Below are positions 1 to 6,441 of a stretch of 64,000 bases of DNA, piece after piece. The translations under genes and the position numbers were made by a program. Position 1 is the stretch's first letter, and every line of letters begins with the position of its first letter. The notes under the pieces were generated by a model. The model was given only the letters and a program-made list of their open reading frames with translations, was not told the origin of the DNA and ran no database searches. The stretch lies in contig JBIICY010000001.1 of the NCBI GenBank assembly GCA_044238605.1, positions 9,433 to 73,432 on the forward strand, read 5' to 3'. This DNA is from Patescibacteria group bacterium. GTDB taxonomy: Bacteria; Bacteroidota; Ignavibacteria; Kapaibacteriales; Kapaibacteriaceae.

Positions 1-234
1 TGATACCTGCGTCCATTGCAGCGGTCTGACCAAAGTTTCTGCGGAGCTCTACAACTCGAACTGGCGAGAGAGTTTTGAGAACATTAACCGTGTTATCCGA
101 CGAACCATCATCGACAACGATGATCTCAAAATCATACCCCTCGCGCTTACACACCTCAAGGATCTCTGCATGGAGGGGTGCTACATTGTCTTCTTCGTTC
201 ATTACTGGAACGACGACGCTAATCGATATAGGGC

Positions 235-1473
235 TCATAGTGTACCACCACGATAATACTCTTTATACCACGCCACAAATCTCTGCAATCCTGTGCGCAG
301 ATCTGTCTGTGGACGAAACTTTGTGAGCTCAAACAACTCTTCGCAGTCGGCCCATGTTGTTGCTACATCCCCCGGCTGCATGTCAACATACTCCTTGATC
401 GCTGGCATCCCAAGCTCTTGCTCGAGGATCTCCACGAAATCGAGCAGGCTTACAGGAGCCCCGTTGCCGATGTTATACGTAGGGGCGAGCCGGTGGCTCG
501 CCCGCATGGCGTCATCAGCATGTGCCCGCATGGCGTCATCAGCATGTGCCCGCATGGCATCATCATCATGTGCCCGCATGGCGTCATCAGCATGTGCCCG
601 GATGGCATCATCGTCATGTGCCCGGATAGCGTCATCAGCATGCGCCCGGATGGCGTCATCAGCATGCGCCCGGATGGCGTCATCACATGCCCGCGCGGCG
701 CCGTCACATGCCCCGTCACGGGCGAGCCACCGGCTCGCCCTTACCTGATCGTCGTGCGTGTCTACTGCCCCGACAAGGCGCACGATGCTCTCGACGATGT
801 CGTCGATGTACGTGAAGTCGCGGCTTAGGTTGCCATGGTTGTAGATGTTGATGGGCTCTCGGGCAAGGATCTTCTCGGCAAAGGAGAAGTAGGCCATGTC
901 GGGACGTCCCCACGGACCATACACGGTAAAGAAGCGGAGTCCGGTGCACGGGATCTGGTAGAGATGGTTGTAGCAATAGGCCATCAGCTCGTTGCTGCGC
1001 TTGGTTACCGCATACAAACTCACGGGCTGGTCTACTCTGTCGGTTGTGCGAAATGGAACATCCGTATTGGCCCCATACACGCTACTGCTACTAGCATAGA
1101 ACAAGTGACGGGGCTTGTGTCGCCTACAGGCTTCCAGAATATTCAAAAACCCAACGATGTTCGATGAGATGTAGGCATCGGGGTTCTCAATGCTATACCG
1201 CACACCAGCTTGCGCAGCAAGATGACACACCAACTCGGGCTTGTGAGTTTCGAAGATGGATGCGATAAGCCCCTTATCCTCGATATCACCCAGATAGAAC
1301 GTAACAGACGTCCCAAGCTGGGCAAGACGTGCATGCTTTAAGGAGGGGTCGTAGTAGTCGTTGCAGTTATCGATGCCGACAACATTCCAGCCGTCTTCCA
1401 CCAGACGTTTTGCTACGTGATACCCTATGAATCCGGCAATCCCCGTAACGAGAATTGTACGTGTATCGTGCAT
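235..1473 (-). CDS. NAD-dependent nucleotide-sugar epimerase/dehydratase (UDP-glucuronate 4-epimerase-like), carrying an in-frame ~80 aa repeat insertion
   Basis: N-terminus TILVTGIAGFIGYHV (Rossmann GxxGxxG), YASSSSVYG...YAVTK active-site region and C-terminal YNIGNGAPVSLLDFV are typical of WbpP/Cap1J-type epimerases. I trimmed the start to MHDTRTILVTG because the ORF-track N-terminal extension runs into the repeat region. Residues AVDTHDDQVRASRWLARDGACDGAARACDDAIRAHADDAIRAHADD... are encoded by the 24-bp tandem repeat at 482-740. Confidence 0.8.
   Translation of the reverse strand: MHDTRTILVTGIAGFIGYHVAKRLVEDGWNVVGIDNCNDYYDPSLKHARLAQLGTSVTFYLGDIEDKGLIASIFETHKPELVCHLAAQAGVRYSIENPDAYISSNIVGFLNILEACRRHKPRHLFYASSSSVYGANTDVPFRTTDRVDQPVSLYAVTKRSNELMAYCYNHLYQIPCTGLRFFTVYGPWGRPDMAYFSFAEKILAREPINIYNHGNLSRDFTYIDDIVESIVRLVGAVDTHDDQVRASRWLARDGACDGAARACDDAIRAHADDAIRAHADDAIRAHDDDAIRAHADDAMRAHDDDAMRAHADDAMRAHADDAMRASHRLAPTYNIGNGAPVSLLDFVEILEQELGMPAIKEYVDMQPGDVATTWADCEELFELTKFRPQTDLRTGLQRFVAWYKEYYRGGTL
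482..740. repeat. 24-bp tandem repeat (~9 copies, catggcgtcatcagcatgtgcccg-like) bounded by two 21-bp palindromes gggcgagcc(g/a)(g/c)cggctcgccc, lying in-frame inside the epimerase CDS
   Basis: Direct reading of the sequence; the unit length of 24 is 8 codons, so frame is preserved. The same palindrome family appears as a terminator-like hairpin at 33633-33653. Confidence 0.85.
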
Positions 1474-1515
1474 AGATATTCCCCCGTGGCAAAGATAACA
1501 GGGGCACCAATACAG

Positions 1516-1872
1516 GGGCACGATATATCGTGCCCGCAGGGTACACATGGGTACGGGGGTACGCGTAGGGGCGACCCAGCGTGGTCGCCCAATGAAGCGT
1601 AGGGGCGACCCAGCGTGGTCGCCCAATGTCGCCCAATGAAATGGTGGGGAAACAATGTCGCCCTCGCGGTAGCGAGGGCATATGCATCATGCGCGAGCTT
1701 CCTCGGCACTACGTGCCTCGGAATGACGCACGCCTTCGCTTTTTTCAATAGGCGCAAGCGCGCCTGCGGCGCGCTTGCGCCACAACACCAACCTAATGCA
1801 TGCCGCGTCATTCCGAGCGCAGCGAGGAACCCAATGCACGCTGCGTCATTCCGAGCGCAGCGAGGAACCTCG
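1516..1872. repeat. Composite palindromic repeat scaffold: a gggcacgatatatcgtgccc palindrome, then A hairpins (cgtaggggcgacccagcgtggtcgcccaatgaa x2), a B element (~100 bp, contains ccctcgcg.tagcgaggg and ggcactacgtgcc hairpins), a C hairpin (ggcgcaagcgcgcc tgc ggcgcgcttgcgcc, 14-bp perfect stem) and D 39-bp tandem repeats (cgtcattccgagcgcagcgaggaacc...) x2
   Basis: Inverted repeats are visible directly. The same A-B-(C)-D architecture recurs at 2658-2978, 3774-4276, 5057-5565, 10588-10793 and 11578-11895. Confidence 0.85.
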
Positions 1873-2160
1873 CTACTCAACTACGTCCGTGTTTACCCAA
1901 GAAAGTAGTTCAGCATTCGAGAGCGCTGCGATGCGTGCCATTAGGCTAAGGGGTGGGTCAGCGCAGAAGTGGATGAGATCATCGAGTTCTTCTTCCGTAA
2001 TGCCCACAAGCTTCGCAAACTCGGGTTGTGAAATCTTGCGCTCTTCCATGATCTGACAGAGGCGTCGAGAGAGGGAGAATTGCCAACGATGATATGTGCG
2101 AGTTTCAGCAGGAATGTGCTCAACCTTTTCCTTGATGTTCAGCATATCTATGCCCTCCAC
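1873..2160 (-). CDS. XRE-family helix-turn-helix protein, putative HigA-like antitoxin
   Basis: RRLCQIMEERKISQPEFAKLVGITEEELDDLIH is a classic HTH_3 motif. It is 93-95 aa, overlaps the upstream partner gene by 13 nt, and has paralogs at 4277-4558 and 10794-11066. Confidence 0.6.
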   Translation of the reverse strand: MEGIDMLNIKEKVEHIPAETRTYHRWQFSLSRRLCQIMEERKISQPEFAKLVGITEEELDDLIHFCADPPLSLMARIAALSNAELLSWVNTDVVE

Positions 2161-2657
2161 AATGAAAGATCAAAAGAATCATGGTAACGGGCCATTAACT
2201 CCGAACCTACAATCATAATCTCACCGGTATCGATTCTAGAGTTGAGAACATGAGTTATACGTCCAAGAAACCCTGCTTCGTTATTTGCATCGCTGTTTGC
2301 CTGGATTGCCTCGTTTTTCGACTTGACGAAACCAGATCCAATCAGCAGTATCCTATTGCTAGTGCCCGCGTACGAACATAGCAATCTACTGGGATTGTAA
2401 CGAGTACGCACACGTTCCTTGTGGTTGTACATAGCAAACACACCTAACTCTGGTCTTTCGGGCCGCAGATATGCTTGCCGGATAACCGATTCCTGTGATA
2501 ACCATTCCAGGAAATCCATTAAGGCATCCGCATTGTTGGCGTCTGACTGATAGAGCTGCTCCATGAACTTATCCGCAAGACAAATGCCGTTGCGCTCAAT
2601 GGCATAGAACGAACAGCTTCCCTCCAACCATGGAATGGTTCGAATTGACTCCGGCAT
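2148..2657 (-). CDS. Gp49/DUF891-type RelE/HigB-like toxin homolog with N- and C-terminal extensions
   Basis: The core LRPERPELGVFAMYNHKE...RLLCSYAGTSNRILLIGSGFVKSKNEAIQ fits the Gp49-family pattern (LKELR...R.LY....R.IVLLHGFiKK.qk.p..EI). It lies upstream of the HTH partner, as in HigB-HigA modules. Paralogs are at 4562-5056 and 11083-11577. Confidence 0.5.
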   Translation of the reverse strand: MPESIRTIPWLEGSCSFYAIERNGICLADKFMEQLYQSDANNADALMDFLEWLSQESVIRQAYLRPERPELGVFAMYNHKERVRTRYNPSRLLCSYAGTSNRILLIGSGFVKSKNEAIQANSDANNEAGFLGRITHVLNSRIDTGEIMIVGSELMARYHDSFDLSLWRA

Positions 2658-2978
2658 AGAGAACCCCGCAATGCGTGTTTTGATGCGCGAAGGAGGTTAG
2701 CCCCCTTCTGGTTCTCTGTGCCGTGAATGCCTGTGAACGTGACATGCGTATGGACGACCCAGCGTGGTCGCCCAATAAAATGATGGCGTAACAACGTCAC
2801 CCTCGCGAACGAGGGTCATATGCACCATCCGCGAGCTTCCTCGGCACTACCTGCCTCGGAATGACGCACGCCGCGTCATTCCGAGCGAAGCGAGGAACCT
2901 CGCTGTTCTTGATGTCACGTTTTGAGATCCTGACGGCACGTAGGGGTGTGAAAGCTCATTTTCCGGCAGGAGTTTAAT
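2658..2978. repeat. Composite repeat: conserved ~95-bp spacer upstream of the Gp49-like gene, then an A-like hairpin, a B element, one D unit and a conserved 40-bp leader (atgtcacgttttgagatcctgacggcacgtaggggtg) that abuts the KilA-N start
   Basis: Near-identical to 5057-5565 and 11578-11700. The leader is shared with the region upstream of the zeta-like gene (5527-5565). Confidence 0.8.
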
Positions 2979-3773
2979 ATGTCCAAGCGAATTGAAGTCC
3001 TCAACGTAGGTATTCGAGTTACACCCATTGGAGACAAAGAATACATCTGCTTGACGGACATCGGCAGATATCGAAATCCTGCAGCAAGCGATGATCTAAT
3101 ACGTAACTGGATTCGTAATAGGAACACACTGGAGTTTCTTGGGCTGTGGGAGTTGATCTACAACCCAGAGTTTAAATCCGTCGAATTCGACGGGATTAAA
3201 ATGCAGGCGGGCTTAAACAGTTTTTCACTAACCCCAAAGCAATGGATTGATCAGACATCAGCTATTGGAATTCAGTCAAGAGCTGGACGATATGGCGGAA
3301 CGTATGCGCATCCAGACATAGCGTTCGAGTTTGCAGCATGGATCTCCGTAGAGTTCAAGCTCTACCTCATCAAAGAATTTCAACGTCTCAAAGAGTCGGA
3401 ACGACGCGAAACGGACTGGGATATACGTCGGAACTTAGCCAAAATCAATTACCGCATTCACACCGATGCAATTCAACATAATCTTCTACCTGTCCAGTTA
3501 ACTGCAAGTAGTTCGGGTCGTGTCTTTTCCTCAGAGGCCGACCTTCTAAATCTTGCTCTATTTGGCCGAACTGCATCCGAATGGAGAAGCTCTCACCCCA
3601 ATGAACATGGCAACATACGCGACCATGCAACAGGTGCTCAGCTCGTTTGTTTGTCGAACCTAGAAAACCTTAATGCGTTATTCATTCAGCAGGGCATATC
3701 TCAAACAGAGCGGCTGCAGCGCTTAAATGAAATAGCAATTGCCCAGATGAAGATTCTAACCAGCGACCGGTAA
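2979..3773 (+). CDS. KilA-N domain-containing protein
   Basis: The N-terminal EVLNVGIRVTPIGDKEYICLTDIGRYRN...DLIRNWIRNRNTLEFLGLWELIYNPEFKSVEF matches the KilA-N (APSES-like) domain family common in phage and Bacteroidota accessory DNA. Confidence 0.7.
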   Translation: MSKRIEVLNVGIRVTPIGDKEYICLTDIGRYRNPAASDDLIRNWIRNRNTLEFLGLWELIYNPEFKSVEFDGIKMQAGLNSFSLTPKQWIDQTSAIGIQSRAGRYGGTYAHPDIAFEFAAWISVEFKLYLIKEFQRLKESERRETDWDIRRNLAKINYRIHTDAIQHNLLPVQLTASSSGRVFSSEADLLNLALFGRTASEWRSSHPNEHGNIRDHATGAQLVCLSNLENLNALFIQQGISQTERLQRLNEIAIAQMKILTSDR

Positions 3774-4276
3774 AATCAGCAATCCCGTAGGGGCGACCCT
3801 ACGTGGTCGCCCAATGAAATGGTGTTCGTAGAGCCGACCCTGCGTGGTCGCCCAATGAAATGGTGTTCGTAGAGCCGACCCTACGTGGTCGCCCAATGAA
3901 ATGGTGTTCGTAGAGCCGACCCTGCGTGGTCGCCCAATGAAGTATTGGGGTGTGTGGTCGCCCAATAAAATGATGGCGTAACAACGTCACCCTCGCGAAC
4001 GAGGGGCATATGCACCATCCGCGAGCTTCCTCGGCACTACGTGCCTCGGAATGACGCACGCCTTCGCTTTTTTCAATAGGCGCAAGCGCGCCTGCGGCGC
4101 GCTTGCGCCACCACACCAAACATTGCACGCCGCGTCATTCCGAGCGCAGCGAGGAACCTAAATGCATGCCGCGTCATTCCGAGCAAAGCGAGGAACCTAA
4201 TGCATGCCGCGTCATTCCGAGCGCAGCGAGGAACCCAATGCACGCCGCGTCATTCCGAGCAAAGCGAGGAACTGCG
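3774..4276. repeat. Composite repeat: A-type hairpin units x4 (~41-bp tandem, gtagagccgaccct(a/g)cgtggtcgcccaatgaaatggtgttc), then B, a C hairpin and D 39-bp units x4
   Basis: Direct reading. It shows the same order of elements as 1556-1872. Confidence 0.85.
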
Positions 4277-4558
4277 CTACTCAACTAGGTCCGTGTTTAT
4301 CCAAGAAAGTAGCTCAGCATTCGAGAACGCTGCAATGCGTGCCATTAGGCTAAGGGGCGGGTCGGCGCAGAAGTGGATGAGATCGTCGAGTTCTTGTTCG
4401 GTAATACCCACCAGCTTTGCAAACTCGGGTTGTGAAATCTTGCGCTCTTCCATGATCTGACAGAGGCGTCGAGAGAGGGAGAATTGCCATTCAAAGAACT
4501 TATTCTCTTCTGCTGGCAACTGGCCAACGACATTTACTGCAGAGCTCATAGTGTTCAT
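4277..4558 (-). CDS. XRE-family HTH protein, putative antitoxin (paralog of 1873-2160)
   Basis: About 85% identical to the 1873-2160 product over the HTH core (FEWQFSLSRRLCQIMEERKISQPEFAKLVGITEQELDDLIH). Confidence 0.6.
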   Translation of the reverse strand: MNTMSSAVNVVGQLPAEENKFFEWQFSLSRRLCQIMEERKISQPEFAKLVGITEQELDDLIHFCADPPLSLMARIAAFSNAELLSWINTDLVE

Positions 4559-4561
4559 TCC

Positions 4562-5056
4562 TCAGAAATCAAATGAATCGTTAGATAAAGGCACTAACTC
4601 CGAGCCGATCACGAGTATCTCACCACATTCTATTCGTTGTCCAACCTTTCGCGCAATATCATAAAGAAACTCTGCTTCACGATTAGCTAACCCATTTCTT
4701 TGTATCGGCTGATCCGTTAACTTGATAAAGCCCGACCCCAGAAGGAGCAATCTGTTACTTTGCCCCACATAGCTACACAGCAACCTGCTTCTGTTGTAGG
4801 GCTCTGCTACTAGCTCCTTGTGATTGTACATTGCAAACACACCGAGCTCCGGACGCTCTGGTCGCAGATATACTTGCCTAACGTGTGTTTCGTTGGATAT
4901 CATTTCAAGAAATGCACGGAGTCTCTTTGCAGCAAAGGGATCTTCAACGTCGAGTTCTTCTAGGAACGCATCTGCCAAGCAGACTCCATCACGCTCGATA
5001 GCATAGAACGAACAGCTTCCCTCCAACCATGGAATGATTCGAATTGACTCCGGCAT
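4562..5056 (-). CDS. Gp49/RelE-HigB-like toxin homolog, extended (paralog of 2148-2657)
   Basis: MPESIRIIPWLEGSCSFYAIERDGVCLAD...RLLCSYVGQSNRLLLLGSGFIKLTDQPIQ is a paralog of the 2148-2657 product. It shares the conserved C-terminal RIECGEILVIGSEL...DSF tail. Confidence 0.5.
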   Translation of the reverse strand: MPESIRIIPWLEGSCSFYAIERDGVCLADAFLEELDVEDPFAAKRLRAFLEMISNETHVRQVYLRPERPELGVFAMYNHKELVAEPYNRSRLLCSYVGQSNRLLLLGSGFIKLTDQPIQRNGLANREAEFLYDIARKVGQRIECGEILVIGSELVPLSNDSFDF

Positions 5057-5565
5057 AGAGAACCTCGCACTGCGTGTTTTGATGCGCGAAGGAGGTTAGC
5101 CCCCTTCTGGTTCTCTGTGCCGTGAATTGGTTTGAACGTGACATGCGTAGGGGCGACCCTACATGGTCGCCCTTTGAAATGGTGGGGAAACAACGTCACC
5201 CTCGCGAACGAGGGTCATATGCACCATCCGCGAGCTTCCTCGGCACTACGTGCCTCGGAATGACGCATGCCTTGTCATTCCGAGCGAAGCGAGGAACCCA
5301 ACGCACGCCTCGTCATTCCGAGCGCAGCGAGGAACCCAATGCACGCCACGTCATTCCGAGCGCAGCGAGGAACCTAATTGCATGCCGCGCCATTCCGAGC
5401 GCAGCGAGGAACCTAATTGCACGCCACGTCATTCCGAGCGCAGCGAGGAACCTAATTGCACGCCACGTCATTCCGAGCGCAGCGAGGAACCTAATTGCAC
5501 GCCACGTCATTCCGAGCAAGGCGAGGAACCCATGTCACGTTTTGATATCCTGACGGCACGTAGGG
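5057..5565. repeat. Composite repeat: spacer, A, B, then D 39-bp tandem units x7 and the shared 40-bp leader
   Basis: Seven near-identical 39-bp units (cgtcattccgagcgcagcgaggaacctaattgcacgcca). The leader atgtcacgttttgatatcctgacggcacgtaggggtg immediately precedes the zeta-like start. Confidence 0.85.
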
Positions 5566-6102
5566 GTGATGGATACACCCTACATTATCGTTATCGCCGG
5601 ACCCAACGGAGTTGGGAAGTCAACGTTTGCGAAGTGGTACCTTCGGCAGCGACCTGCTTGCAAAATGATCGTAGATCCCGATGCAATTGCTAAAGAGCTG
5701 AATATCCCTGATGAGGCTCAGCGCAACATTGCTGCAGGACGCATTGCCCTGGAAACGATCGATGCCAACATCCGCAATGGGATATCGTTTGCGATAGAAT
5801 CAACGCTCTCTGGTAAGACGCTGGCTGCAAAACTCGAACAAGCGCACAACGCGGGGTACTCAATCGAGATATGCCTGCTTCAGATTCCCTCTGTAGAGAT
5901 ATCTACCCAGCGCGTTGTTGAGCGTGTAAATGCTGGCGGACACAACATTCCGGCTGACGCACAGCTACGCCGATTTGAAAGATCTTATCGTAATTTTCAC
6001 GACATATACATCGAGGTATGCCATGAGTGGAGTATCTATGACGCAGACACCAACCCTCCAGAACTCAAGAGCACAGGCCGTGGTGGATTCTCTACGCAAT
6101 GA
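5566..6102 (+). CDS. Zeta-toxin-like P-loop kinase / AAA-ATPase (COG4185-like)
   Basis: The Walker A motif YIIVIAGPNGVGKSTF, followed by ...IVDPDAIAKEL... and a length of ~178 aa, is typical of zeta-toxin/UDP-GlcNAc-kinase-like proteins. Confidence 0.65.
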   Translation: MMDTPYIIVIAGPNGVGKSTFAKWYLRQRPACKMIVDPDAIAKELNIPDEAQRNIAAGRIALETIDANIRNGISFAIESTLSGKTLAAKLEQAHNAGYSIEICLLQIPSVEISTQRVVERVNAGGHNIPADAQLRRFERSYRNFHDIYIEVCHEWSIYDADTNPPELKSTGRGGFSTQ

Positions 6103-6337
6103 GTTGTTGTCCGGGCATGAACATCGCGCGTGCATTGCCGCTGCCTTCATCCGCTCAAGCTATGACATTCGCGACCAGTATCGCCGGGCGGGACGGGGGC
6201 TCGTTGTTATGATCGATGGGGTGGTACAGTCTGTCCATCCCGACTCTTCCCTTCTACCAGATCTTTCTTCCCTCGTTCCGATCGTAAAAGAGTTGTTTCC
6301 GTTGCCACCAGACGAAGAACCGCCAGGGTTTGAGTGA
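6023..6337 (+). CDS. Hypothetical small protein; it overlaps the 3' end of the zeta-like gene in another frame and may be spurious, a frameshifted continuation or a partner gene
   Basis: A 105-aa ORF (MSGVSMTQTPTLQNSRAQAVVDSLRNELL...) with no recognisable domain. GC-rich DNA yields long chance ORFs. Confidence 0.2.
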   Translation: MSGVSMTQTPTLQNSRAQAVVDSLRNELLSGHEHRACIAAAFIRSSYDIRDQYRRAGRGLVVMIDGVVQSVHPDSSLLPDLSSLVPIVKELFPLPPDEEPPGFE

Positions 6338-6339
6338 GA

Positions 6340-6440
6340 AACAATGACGAAGTACTAATGACGAAGTACTAATGACGAAGTACGGATGACAAGCGAAATC
6401 GTACTTGGTAATTCGTCGTTAGTACTTCGTCATTCGCGTC
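6340..6440. terminator. Long inverted repeat containing a 14-bp tandem (atgacgaagtacta x3) and its inverted copy; putative bidirectional terminator between convergent genes
   Basis: gacgaagtactaa ... ttagtacttcgtc are reverse complements. The structure sits between the 3' ends of the + strand ORFs and the - strand gene 6442-8388. Confidence 0.5.
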
Positions 6441-6441
6441 T

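Noticed and set aside
1734-1790. The C hairpin (14-bp GC stem) next to a T-run looked like a rho-independent terminator.
   Set aside because: The T-run is 5' of the stem on the + strand, and the - strand has an A-run 3' of the stem, so neither orientation gives the canonical stem-then-U-tract. It is more likely a structural part of the repeat element.
5265-5535. The tandem 39-bp direct repeats (7 copies here; 2-4 copies elsewhere) look superficially like a CRISPR array.
   Set aside because: The units are contiguous with no unique spacers between them, and no cas genes or leader are present. They are minisatellite-type tandem repeats that form part of the composite scaffold.
5122-5693. Long + strand ORFs (143 and 147 aa) spanning the D repeats that encode PRHSERSEEPNCT-type peptide repeats. 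Similar ORFs lie at 1615-1908, 2519-2800, 3756-4128, 4103-4460 and 4960-5199.
   Set aside because: They exist only because the 39-bp unit is a multiple of 3 and stop-poor. They have no start context, overlap the real genes, and their sequence is purely the repeat. I treated them as non-coding.
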